Positions 9,659 to 19,370 of a stretch of 64,000 nt of DNA are shown piece after piece. Below the pieces are notes generated by a model that ran no database searches, was not told where the DNA came from, and saw only the letters and a program-made list of their open reading frames with translations. The translations under genes were made by a program, and so were the position numbers. Source of the DNA: an uncultured Gammaproteobacteria bacterium (GTDB lineage Bacteria; Pseudomonadota; Gammaproteobacteria; Steroidobacterales; Steroidobacteraceae); NCBI GenBank assembly GCA_963762315.1, contig CAVXKO010000004.1, positions 1,305,707 through 1,369,706 of the forward strand, read 5' to 3'. The number at the start of each line of letters is the position of its first letter. Positions within the stretch are counted from its first letter, which is position 1.

Positions 9659-10198
9659 CTACGTCTCCCGCGCGATTTCCGCCAGAAGTTCGACGACGTA
9701 GCGGCTGAACGAGCGCCACACTTCCACGTGGAAGGTTTCGGGCGCCGTACGCCACAGCACGACTTCGGCCTTCGCGAAGATCGTACGCGTGCACATCCCG
9801 ACCGGGAAGGCCGTCGCATCGAGCGGCAGCGGACACTGCGCGGCCAGCAGCCATTCGGCGTGCGGACCGATGACCTCGAAGGCGACCTGCCGATGACTGA
9901 TGTCCACCAGCGAATGCGGTTGATCGCCGATCTCCCGGGCGTTGGCGGAAACGATCGCCGCCCCCTCGCCGTCCGGCGCGAGAAGCAGATACTCATCGGG
10001 CCCGAGCCACAACGCTGCGCGCGACCCATTTGTCGCGGCACGGCACGCTTCGGAAGGCAACGCCACGCCGAACGACGCTCCGGCCGCGGCCTGAACTGCA
10101 GGTGCACCCCGGAAAATGAATCGTGTCGCCGCGGGCAGCGTGCGCAGCCAGGGGGCCGGCACGAATTCCACGGAGCGTCGGGCTGCCGTCTCAACCAT
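9659..10198 (-). CDS. soxG: Sarcosine oxidase gamma subunit (operon 1)
   Basis: Size, position after soxA with an 8-nt overlap, and similarity to the second soxG at 55434..56042 (both end in W..F-rich helix). Confidence 0.8.
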   Translation of the reverse strand: MVETAARRSVEFVPAPWLRTLPAATRFIFRGAPAVQAAAGASFGVALPSEACRAATNGSRAALWLGPDEYLLLAPDGEGAAIVSANAREIGDQPHSLVDISHRQVAFEVIGPHAEWLLAAQCPLPLDATAFPVGMCTRTIFAKAEVVLWRTAPETFHVEVWRSFSRYVVELLAEIARET

Positions 10199-13178
10199 GG
10201 AGGCGCGCTCCTTCCGTGTCGTAGAACACCGGCGCAGCGACGGTCACGGCAATGTCGCGACCCGGCATCGGCACGTAAAGTGTCTGTCCGATGCGTGCAC
10301 GACCGCCCGACACCATCGCCAGCGCGATCGAGCGGCCCAGCGCCGGGCTCTCGTACGACGACGTGACGTGGCCGATCAGCTGCATCGGCGCCTTCTGGCC
10401 CGGAGTCGCGACGACCTGCGCGCCCTCTTCGAGCACCGTGCCCGCATCCACCGTGAGCAAACCCACGAGTTGCTTGCGGTCGGCGCGCTTCATTTCGACG
10501 CGATCGAGCGAGCGTTTGCCGACGAAGTCGGACTTGGTCTTGCCGATCGCCCAGGCCACGCCCGCGTCGTCCGGGGTCACCGTGCCGTCCGTTTCCTGTC
10601 CGACGATGATGTAACCCTTCTCGGCACGCATGACGTGCATGGACTCGGTACCGTACGGCGTGATGCCGAAGCGCTGGCCGGACGCATGGATGGCCTCCCA
10701 GATCGCCCGGCCGTAATCGGCAGGCACGTTGACCTCGAAACCCATCTCGCCGGTGAAGCTGACGCGGAACAGGCGCATCGGCACGCCGCAGATGCGGCCG
10801 GTCGTGACGGCAAGGTGCGGGAGCGCCTCCGCAGAGATGTCGCAATCGCTCACGAGCGGCGCGAGCACCTCGCGGGCCTTCGGGCCCTGCACCGCAACGA
10901 CCGACCACTGCTCGGTGGTCGACGTGATCCAGACCTTCAGGTCCGGCCATTCCGTCTGCAGGTAGTCTTCCATCAGCGCGAACACGCGGGCCGCGCCGCC
11001 CGTGGTGGTGGTCACGTGAAAGCAGTCGGTCGCCATGCGCGCGATCACGCCGTCGTCGTAGATGAAACCGTCGTCGCGGCACAGGATGCCGTAACGCGAG
11101 CGGCCCACGGCAAGGTTCGCGAAGTTGTTCACGTACATGCGCGAGAGGAACGTGGCCGCGTCGGCACCGACCACCTCGATCTTGCCCAGCGTAGAGGCGT
11201 CGAACATGCCGACACTGGCGCGCACCGCCTTGCACTCCCGTGCGACCGCGGCGTGCATGTCCTCCCCCCTCTGCGGGAAGTACCGGGCTCGCTTCCACTG
11301 CCCGACGTCCTCGAATACCGCGCCCTGCGCCACGGCCCATTCGTGGGTCGGCGTCGTGCGAACGGGGTCGAACAGATCGCCGCGGTCGTAGCCCGCGAAG
11401 ATGCCGAACGTGACCGGCGTGTACGGCATTCGGAACGTCGTGAGGCCCACCTGCGGCACGGTCTTGCCGAGGTCGCCCGCCACGATCGCGAGCGCGTTCA
11501 GGTTCGACGTCTTGCCCTGGTCCGTCGCCATGCCCGTCGTCGTATAGCGCTTGATGTGCTCGATCGACTCGAAGCCTTCACGACGCGCGAGCGCAAGGTC
11601 CTTGCTCGTCACGTCGTTCTGGAAGTCGACGAACGCGCCCTTCGGCGCCTTGTCGCCCGGCTGGGGCAAAGCCCCGGGCGAACCGAGCATGCTGTAGTCG
11701 CGGCATTCGACTCGGTACTGGCGCGCGTCGCCGCCACGATTGGCCGCGGCGAGGCCCGCCTGCGAACCATCGTGCAGCGTATTGGCGAGCCCATCCACGC
11801 CGCGGCAGGCGCCGGCCGAGCGCTCCCGCTCCGCCGACGACGACGGCAGGAAGGCCTGGCGCCCGGCATCCCACGCCAGCTTCCCGCGCGACTGCGAGAA
11901 CAGGTGCACGGCCGGCGTGTAACCGCCGGAGACCAGCAGCGCATCGCAGGACACGCTGCGCTTGCCCTCGATCCGCCCGCCCTTGGCGACCGCGATCGTG
12001 ACACTACGCACGCCGAGCCGGCCACTCGTGCCGAGCACCGTGGCGCTGGTCAGCACGTCAATGCCCGCGGCTCGAGCGGCATTCACTGCGTCGCCTTGGG
12101 GCGCTTCGCGCACGTCCGCGATCAGGGGAATCGACGAGCCGGCCGCCTTCAGTTCGAATGCCGATGCGTAAGCAGCATCGCTGCCGGTTACGAGCACCAC
12201 TTTCGAGCCCACGGCCACGCCGTGGCGATGGAGGTAGGCGCGAGCCGCAGATGCGAGCATCACGCCCGGTCGGTCGTTGCCCGGGAACACGAGCGGACGC
12301 TCGATCGCGCCCGTCGCGAGGACGACTTCGCCTGCCCTCACCTGCCACAGCCGCTCGCGGGGCATGTCCTTCGGGGGCGCCGCAAGGTGATCGGTGAGCC
12401 GCTCGCACAGGCCGACGAGGTTGTGCGGGAAGTAGCCGAACGCCGTCGTGCGCTTGAGCACCGTCACGTTCGGCAGGCGCGCCAGCGCGGCCTCAGCCTC
12501 GGCAAGCCACGTGACGACCGGCTGACCGTCGATCGTCGCCCCGCCCTCATCGAGCAGCGATCCGCCCAAGCCCGGCTGCTCGTCGCAGAGCACGACGCGT
12601 GCGCCGGTCGAACCGGTGGACAACGCCGCCGCCAGTCCCGCCGGGCCCGCGCCCACGACGAGCACGTCGCAATGCGCAAAGCGCTGCGCATAGCGATCCG
12701 GATCGGGCGCTTCGGGCGCACGGCCCAGGCCCGCCGCCTTGCGGATCACCGGTTCGTACCAGCGGTGCCAGGCCTTCGGCGGCCACATGAACGTCTTGTA
12801 GTAGAAAGCGGCCGGGATCAGCGGGGCGACGAAGTCGTTCACCGCATTGACGTCGAACGACAGGCTCGGCCAGCGGTTCTGGCTTTCCGCGACGAGGCCG
12901 TCGTAGATCTCGACCTGAGTGGCACGCACGTTCGGCGTGCGCCGCCCCGCATCGCGGATCAGCGCGACGAGTGCATTGGGCTCTTCGGACCCGGCGGCGA
13001 TCACGCCGCGTGGGCGGTGGTACTTGAACGAGCGCCCAAACAGCTGAATGCCATTTGCAATCAATGCGGAAGCCAGCGTATCGCCGGCCAGGCCGGTGTA
13101 ACTGCGTCCGTCGAACGTGAAGCTCACGGGCTTCGAGCGATCGACCCGACCGCCGGCGCCAACCCGGCGGCCACTCAT
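10191..13178 (-). CDS. soxA: Sarcosine oxidase alpha subunit (operon 1), intact
   Basis: 995 aa. N-terminus FTFDGRSYTGLAGDTLASALIANGIQLFGRSFKYHRPRG; dinucleotide motif VLVVGAGPAGLAAAL; C-terminal GcvT-like FTGEMGFEVNVP. Confidence 0.9.
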   Translation of the reverse strand: MSGRRVGAGGRVDRSKPVSFTFDGRSYTGLAGDTLASALIANGIQLFGRSFKYHRPRGVIAAGSEEPNALVALIRDAGRRTPNVRATQVEIYDGLVAESQNRWPSLSFDVNAVNDFVAPLIPAAFYYKTFMWPPKAWHRWYEPVIRKAAGLGRAPEAPDPDRYAQRFAHCDVLVVGAGPAGLAAALSTGSTGARVVLCDEQPGLGGSLLDEGGATIDGQPVVTWLAEAEAALARLPNVTVLKRTTAFGYFPHNLVGLCERLTDHLAAPPKDMPRERLWQVRAGEVVLATGAIERPLVFPGNDRPGVMLASAARAYLHRHGVAVGSKVVLVTGSDAAYASAFELKAAGSSIPLIADVREAPQGDAVNAARAAGIDVLTSATVLGTSGRLGVRSVTIAVAKGGRIEGKRSVSCDALLVSGGYTPAVHLFSQSRGKLAWDAGRQAFLPSSSAERERSAGACRGVDGLANTLHDGSQAGLAAANRGGDARQYRVECRDYSMLGSPGALPQPGDKAPKGAFVDFQNDVTSKDLALARREGFESIEHIKRYTTTGMATDQGKTSNLNALAIVAGDLGKTVPQVGLTTFRMPYTPVTFGIFAGYDRGDLFDPVRTTPTHEWAVAQGAVFEDVGQWKRARYFPQRGEDMHAAVARECKAVRASVGMFDASTLGKIEVVGADAATFLSRMYVNNFANLAVGRSRYGILCRDDGFIYDDGVIARMATDCFHVTTTTGGAARVFALMEDYLQTEWPDLKVWITSTTEQWSVVAVQGPKAREVLAPLVSDCDISAEALPHLAVTTGRICGVPMRLFRVSFTGEMGFEVNVPADYGRAIWEAIHASGQRFGITPYGTESMHVMRAEKGYIIVGQETDGTVTPDDAGVAWAIGKTKSDFVGKRSLDRVEMKRADRKQLVGLLTVDAGTVLEEGAQVVATPGQKAPMQLIGHVTSSYESPALGRSIALAMVSGGRARIGQTLYVPMPGRDIAVTVAAPVFYDTEGARLHG

Positions 13179-13468
13179 TTCGCGCCTCCGGTCGGCAGGT
13201 TCGGCATCGTCTCGCCGACGCGATACGTCGCGATGAACTGGTCCGTGGTCGTGTCGCGCAGTGCGTTGAAGAACCGCGCGCAGCCGCGGACGTGACGCCA
13301 GCGTTCAGCGTGCACGCCGCGCGTGTTCTTGCGCAGGTACAGGAATTCACCCCAGTCGTCGGAGTTCACCTGCGACGGATCCGCAGGACGCGCGATGTGC
13401 GCCTGCCCGCCGTAGCTGAATTCCAGTTCGGGGCGCGGTCCGCAGTACGGGCAATGGATGACCAGCAT
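13175..13468 (-). CDS. soxD: Sarcosine oxidase delta subunit (operon 1)
   Basis: MLVIHCPYCGPRPELEFSYGG zinc-ribbon-type N-terminus. 97 aa. Lies between soxB and soxA with overlapping stop/start. Confidence 0.85.
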   Translation of the reverse strand: MLVIHCPYCGPRPELEFSYGGQAHIARPADPSQVNSDDWGEFLYLRKNTRGVHAERWRHVRGCARFFNALRDTTTDQFIATYRVGETMPNLPTGGAK

Positions 13469-13477
13469 GACCGGGCC

Positions 13478-14732
13478 TCAGTGCGCGACCGCCGCGGCGG
13501 CGGCCTCGTCGATCAGCAGGCCGTCGCGGAACCGCTCGATCGTGAACGGCGCGTTGATCCTGTGCGGCTCGTCGCGCGCCATGGTCCAGGCCAGCAGGTG
13601 ACCGGCGCCCGGCGTCGCCTTGAAGCCGCCGGTGCCCCAGCCGCAGTTGACGTACAGCCCGGGCACGGGGGTCTTGGCGATGATCGGCGAGCGATCCGGC
13701 GTCACGTCCACGATGCCGCCCCAGTTCCGCAGCATGCGCATGCGGCGGAACATCGGGAACAGTTCGCAGATGGCCGACAGCGTGTGCGAATTGACGTGCA
13801 GCGCGCCGCGCTGCGTATAGCTCGTGTAGGCGTCGGTGCCGGCGCCGATGACCAGCTCGCCCTTGTCGGACTGGCTGATGTACGCATGCACCGAGTTCGA
13901 CATGACGACGCAGGGCACAGCGGGCTTGACCGGCTCGGAGACCAGCGCCTGCAGCGGGAAGCTTTCGAGCGGCAGCTTCACGCCGGCGAGACCCAGCACC
14001 ACCGACGTATTGCCGGCGGCCGACACGCCCACGCGCTTGCAGCGGATCACGCCGCGCGTCGTCTCGAGCGCCTCGATGGCGCCCCTGGCATCACGGCGCA
14101 TGGCCGTCACTTCGCAGTTCTCGATGATGTCCACGCCGAGCGCATCGGCGCGCGCGTGCGTAGCCCCAGGCCACCGCGTCGTGACGCGCCGTGCCGCCGC
14201 GCCGCTGCAGCGCGGCGCCCATCACCGGGTAGCGGATGTTCGACTCGATGTTGAGCGGCGGGCAGAAGGCCTTCGCCTCCTCCGGCGACAGCCACTCGTT
14301 GTCGACGCCGTTGCAGCGGTTCGCATGGATGTGGCGCTTCAGCACCTGCACGTCGTGCACCTTGTGGGCCAGCATCATGACGCCGCGCGGCGAGAACATG
14401 ACGTTGTAGTTGAGGACCTGCGAGAGGTCCTCCCAGAGCTTCACGGCGTGGTCGTAGAGTGCCGCGCTCTCGCTGAACAGGTAGTTGGAGCGGATGATCG
14501 TGGTGTTGCGGCCCGTGTTGCCGCCGCCGATCCAGCCTTTCTCGAGCACCGCCACGCGCGTGATGCCGTGCTCATCCGCGAGGTAATACGCCGCGGCGAG
14601 CCCGTGGCCGCCGCCGCCCACGATGATCGCGTCGTACTCCGCCTGCGGCGCAGCGCGACGCCATTGCGGTGTCCAGCCCTGCTGGCCGCCAAAGGCTTCC
14701 TTGAGCAGCCGGAAGGCCGAGAACTTCGACAT
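13478..14732 (-). pseudogene. soxB: Sarcosine oxidase beta subunit (operon 1) interrupted by a +1 nt frameshift near 14148-14158
   Basis: The N-terminal half ([14 protein letters not shown]...[16 protein letters not shown]...[11 protein letters not shown]) is in one frame. The C-terminal half ([11 protein letters not shown]...CGWGTGGFKATP) is in another. Removing one base from the CGCGCGCGC run restores [17 protein letters not shown]. Length is 1255 nt (3n+1). Confidence 0.8.
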
Positions 14733-17193
14733 CAGGCCCTCAGGTCGGCGTTCGGCACTGTCGTAGGGCGAATCAACGAGGACCGTGGCCTTCCTGCGTT
14801 CGCCGAGCACCTCGACCTCTAGCTCGGTGCCGACGGCCGAGTTCGCCGGGTCCACGTAGCCGATGATGAGGCTCTTCTTCAGGCAGTGGCCGTAGTAGCC
14901 GGACGTGGCGCGCCCGACCAGCTTGCCGGACTTGTCGAAGATCGGCTCGTTGCCGAGCGGATCCGCGTCCGTCACGCCGTGGACTTCGAGCGTAACGAAG
15001 TCGTGCGGCACGCCCGCCGCCAGCTGCTTCTCCAGCGCCTCGCGGCCCGTGAACGGACCCTTGTCCATGCGCACGAAGCGCTTCAGGCCCGCCTCGAACG
15101 GCGTGTAGTCGCGCGTGAGGTCGCTGCCCCACATGCGGTACGACTTCTCCATGCGGAGCGACTCCATCGCGCGCATGCCCGCCATGCCGATGCCGTACTC
15201 GGCGCCGGCCGCGAAGATCGCGTCGAACAGGTGGTGCGCGTACTCGATCGGGAAATGCAGCTCCCAGCCCAGCGCGCCGACGAAGTTCACGCGCAGCGCG
15301 TACACGTCGGTGGCGAGTCCCGCTTCGATCACCTGCCCGGTCAGCCACGGGAAGGAGGCGTTGTCGAGCGGCACGTCGGTGAGCTTGGCCATCACGTCGC
15401 GCGCGCGCGGACCGGCGACCACGAAGCAACCGCGCGCGCCGGTGATGTTGCGCAGCGCGACGGAACCGTCGGCCGGCAGGCGCTTATGCAGGAAGTCGCT
15501 GTCGTACCGCTCGGCCGCGCCGGCGCTGACGACGTAGAAATGCCCGTCGGCCAGCTTGGTGATCGTGAACTCGGAGCGGATGCCGCCACGCTTCGTGAGC
15601 GCATGGCACAGCGCGATGCGCCCGACCTTGGTCGGCACCTTGTTGGCGACCAGGCTGTCGAGCCAGGCTTCGGAGCCCGGGCCCGTCACCTCGAACTTGG
15701 TGAACGGCGTGAGGTCGATGACGCCGACCTTCTTGCGCAGGCGCCGGCACTCGTTGCCGACGTGCTTGAAGTAATTCGTGCGGCGGAAGCTCCAGGCGTC
15801 CTCGGCTTTCACGCGTTTCGGCGCGAACCAGTTCGCCCGCTCCCAACCGTAGCGCTGGCCGAACACCGCACCCATGCGCTTCAACTTGTCGTAGACGGGG
15901 CTCGTCTTGGCCGGACGCGCGTCGTGACGCTCTTCGTCGGGGAAGTGGATCGTGAAAACGTTGCGATACGTCTCCTCGTTCTTCGTCACGGTGTAGCGCT
16001 TGCTCGTGTAAGGGCCGAAGCGCCGCGGGTCGACCGCAAGCATGTCGATGCCCGGCTCGCCTTCGACGATCCATTCCGCGAGCTGCCAGCCCGCGCCGCC
16101 CGCGGCCGTGATGCCGAAGCTGTGACCTTCGTTGAGCCAAAGGCCGTGCTTGCCCCAGGCCGGACCGATCAGCGGCGTGCCGTCCGGCGTGTAGGAAATC
16201 GGACCGTTGACGATGTCCTTGATGCCGCAGTGCTCGAGCGCGGGCACGCGACGCTGTGCCGCTTCGACGTGCGGGAGCAGGCGATCGAGGTCGCCCGGAA
16301 ACAGGTTCTTGCCGAACCAATCGGGCACGCCGTCCGCGAAGCGCGCCGGGGCGCCGGCCTCGTAGGGCCCCAGGATCCAGCCCATGCGCTCTTCGCGCAG
16401 GTAGTACGACTTGTCGGACTCGCGCAGCACGGCAAGCTCGCGGCCGCCCGCGGCGCGGTACGCCTTCAGCTCGGGCGACTCGTCGTACACGATGTACTGG
16501 TGCTCGACCGGAATGGCCGGCACGTTGAGGCCGAACATGCGGCCCGTCTGGCGCGCGTAGTTGCCGGTGGCGCACACGACGTGCTCGGCGGTGATGACGC
16601 CCTTCGTCGTCGTCAGCTTCCACTCGCCGCTCGCGGTGCGCTCGACGGCGGTGACCTCCGTCTGCTCGTGGATCTCGGCGCCCGCGCCGCGCGCCGCACG
16701 GCGCAAGGCCATCGTCAGGTCCGCCGGCGCGATGTGCCCGTCATCCGGGTGATAAAGCGCGCCGACGATCTTCGGCGTGTCGGCGCTCGCCGCCGAGTTC
16801 CACCAGCGGCCACAGCTCCTTCACTTCGGCGGGGCTGATGACGCGGAACGGCACGCCGATGGTGTTCGCCGTGCCGCAGTACTTGAGGTATTCGTCCATT
16901 CGCTCGCGGCAGGTCGCGAGACGCAGGTTGCCCGTGACGTGGAAGCTGACGTCCTGGCCGGTCTCCGCGGGCAGCCGCTTGTAGAGATCGACCGAGTACT
17001 TGTGCAACTGCCCGACGGTGTAGCTCATGTTGAAGAGCGGCAGCAGGCCGGCAGCGTGCCACGTCGAGCCGGCCGTCAGCTCGGTGCGCTCGAGCAGCAC
17101 CACGTCGGACCAGCCCTTCTTCGTCAGGTGATAGAGCGTACTGACGCCAACGACGCCACCGCCGATGACCACGACGCGAGCATGCGATTTCAT
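14732..17193 (-). pseudogene. Dimethylglycine/sarcosine dehydrogenase-family paralog 2, at least 3 frameshifts (near 16787, near 14760, plus loss of the stop so that the ORF runs into soxB)
   Basis: N-terminus MKSHARVVVIGGGVVGVS with a GGGGAGAA SD. The frame changes after PLVELGG and resumes as [29 protein letters not shown]. The expected tail PNADLRA-stop (TGATG overlap with the soxB ATG) is one frame off from SPYD. Confidence 0.8.
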
Positions 17194-17388
17194 TCGTCGG
17201 TTCTCCCCGCGCGGCCGGTAAGCGCCCGGCCCTGTCCCGTCAGGATGGTTTGAAGCATCGCGCGAGTTTAGCAACGAGGCGCGACCCGACCACTCTGATT
17301 GCGACAAAAGCTTACGCGAATGCGTCAGCGGCGCTTATACTTTTGGACGCCCGCCCGATGCCGACCATGCCTGCCCGGAGGCACTCGA

Positions 17389-18358
17389 TTGAAGCCCGCC
17401 GACGGCCACCGCAAGACCCGGTACGCGTTCCTGACGCTGCCCGATTACTCGATGATCGCGGTGACGAACGCCGTCGAGCCGTTGCGCATGGCCAATCGCG
17501 TCTCGGGGCAGGCCGCCTACGAATGGGTGATCGTGAGCCTCGACGGCGCACCCGGTTCCCGCCAGCAACGGCCTGACATTGACGCCGACACAGCGCCTCG
17601 GCGATGGCGAACCCGTCGACCTCGTGTTCGTGTGCGGCGGCGTCAACGTGCGCGAGGCCGTCTCGCCTGCCCTCCTCTCGACCCTGCGTCGCCTGGCCGC
17701 CAAGCAGATGCCGCTCGGCGCACTCTGCACCGGCGGTTACGCGCTGGCGCAGGCCGGATTGCTCGACGGCTATCGCGCCACGATCCACTGGGAAAATCTA
17801 TCGGCGCTGCGCGAACAGTTCCCGCGCGTGCTGATCTCGGACCACCTGTTCTCGATCGATCGCAATCGCTACACGTGCTCCGGCGGCGTCGCGCCGCTCG
17901 AGCTGATGCTGAACCTGATCGAGGAAAAGATGGGTCCGGCGGTTTCGCGCCTCGTGTCGGAGCAGTTCATCGTCGACCGCATCCGCGACAGCAGCGACCG
18001 GCAGTACGTCCCGCTGCGCGCGCAGGTGGGGCCGGTGCATCGCAGCGTGCTCGCGGTGGCTTCCCTCATGGAGGCCCACATCGAGAACCCGCTGCCCCTC
18101 GAGGAAATCGCGCACCGGTCCGGACTGTCGCGCCGGCAGATCGAGCGGCTCTTCAAGCGGCACGTGCACTGCGTGCCGAAGCGCTACTACCTCGAGCTGC
18201 GCCTGAAGCGCGCCCGCGAGCTGCTCTTGCAGACATCGATGCCGATCATGGCGATCAGCACGGCCTGCGGATTCCAGTCGCCGCCGCATTTTTCGAAGTG
18301 CTACCGCGGCCACTTCGGACGACCGCCGACGGCCGAGCGCCAGCCACGACGCGCGTGA
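17389..18358 (+). pseudogene. GbdR/SouR/CdhR-like AraC-family regulator (DJ-1/PfpI-like N-domain plus HTH_AraC), one frameshift near 17550
   Basis: TTG at 17389 lies 8 nt after GGAGG. The N-terminal part RYAFLTLPDYSMIAVTNAVEPLRMANRVSG is in one frame. VPASNGLTLTPTQRLGDGEPVDLVFVCGG...HTH (PLPLEEIAHRSGLSRRQIERLFK) is in the next frame. Length is 3n+1. Confidence 0.7.
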
Positions 18359-18448
18359 GGACGGTCGGACCGTCAGGCGAATCCGAGGAAGACTGCGAGC
18401 GCGCGGTTGACGGAGACTGGAGCGCAGCCGTGGCGAGGTCGCCGCGCT

Positions 18449-18640
18449 TCATGGGGCCCAGCCATCCCGGTCGGCGACCCGGTCGAGCCAGTCGATTGTT
18501 TCGCCTTCGGCGGCATCGCCCGTCAGGCTCGACGACTGACGCCGGCACTCGACCGCGAATCCGCGCCGCCGCGTGTCCGGCACCCAGATCTGCACGGGCC
18601 GCAGTCCGGCCGCCCGCAGCGCCGCACGGTACTTCTGCAC
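18449..18640 (-). CDS. DUF3018 / MazE-like small antitoxin-family protein, apparently orphan
   Basis: ERVQKYRAALRAAGLRPVQIWVPDTRRRGFAVECRRQS matches my recollection of the DUF3018 signature. GTG start. An ATG 30 nt upstream is in another frame (possible further frameshift). No toxin ORF is adjacent. Confidence 0.5.
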   Translation of the reverse strand: MQKYRAALRAAGLRPVQIWVPDTRRRGFAVECRRQSSSLTGDAAEGETIDWLDRVADRDGWAP

Positions 18641-18698
18641 CCGTTCCGATGCACGGCTCGTTGTCGCTCATGCGTTGGCCCCCGGCGCGTTACGTTTA

Positions 18699-18862
18699 TC
18701 AAATTGGATCGGGCTTTCGTGACATGCAATATGCGCAGAAAGCACTCGATGAAGTTTCAATAACTCTCTGTTTAATATGATTATTAGTCGCCTTTGCGAA
18801 TGCTGCCGAGTTCGCGCCATCGGCGACGTACTCGGGCCAGCCGGACGAGTCGACGACGTCAT
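18699..18862 (-). pseudogene. Remnant of a PIN-domain (VapC-like) toxin gene; only about 25 N-terminal residues recognisable
   Basis: VVDSSGWPEYVADGANSAAFAKA follows the antitoxin stop directly, but one frame off from the overlapping ATG. Similarity ends where the sequence turns AT-rich (about 18700-18790). Confidence 0.35.
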
Positions 18863-19065
18863 GCGCGGTCGTCGTCGCGGGCCACCTCGGTGCCGATGCC
18901 TTTGAGGAACTCGCGTGCGGCCCTGATGGAGCGGACCGGGACGAGAGCGATGTGTCCGCAGCAGGGCATCGCATCGAATTTCTGGCCGGCCTTGATGCCG
19001 AAGGCCTGCCTGACATCCTTCGGGATCACGATCTGGTACTTGGGCGAGACGGTTACGATTGTCAT
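18859..19065 (-). CDS. AbrB/MazE/SpoVT-family antitoxin (VapB-like)
   Basis: MTIVTVSPKYQIVIPKDVRQAFGIKAGQKF is the swapped-hairpin SpoVT/AbrB motif. 68 aa. GGAGAA SD upstream of ATG 19065. Confidence 0.7.
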   Translation of the reverse strand: MTIVTVSPKYQIVIPKDVRQAFGIKAGQKFDAMPCCGHIALVPVRSIRAAREFLKGIGTEVARDDDRA

Positions 19066-19320
19066 ACGCTTCTCCGATCGATCGTAGGTATTTCTGGAAC
19101 TGCCGCAGCGCCACGACGCGGCGTACAAAGAAAGCGAGTCCCGCGTGTCGATGCCTGCTGGCGGTCGGCGACACGGGGCCGAGTGGGCCAGGGCCGCAGA
19201 CATCCTCCCTTGCAGTCCGCCCCTCGAATCCGCGGCGTGCGTACGCGGCGGATTGCCTCCCCTGACGGGCGATTGACTATGTCCGCCCGGCAGCGAGGCT
19301 CGGGAAACCGGTGCCAGCAA

Positions 19321-19359
19321 GGCCGAGCGCGCTCATTCGACGCTCGGCCTTTCTTTTCC
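19321..19359. terminator. GC-rich hairpin (9-bp stem) followed by a T-rich tract on the + strand, 12 nt beyond the stop of the minus-strand gene at 19371
   Basis: GGCCGAGCG-11 nt-CGCTCGGCC then TTTCTTTTCC. The orientation of the T tract does not match the adjacent gene, so the function is uncertain. Confidence 0.35.
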
Positions 19360-19370
19360 GCCGCATCGAA

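Noticed and set aside
14091-16712. An 873-aa ORF that looks like a DMG-dehydrogenase / SoxB fusion protein.
   Set aside because: The expected dehydrogenase C-terminus (PNADLRA-stop, overlapping the soxB ATG) exists one frame off. The apparent fusion is best explained by an indel near 14760, not a true domain fusion.
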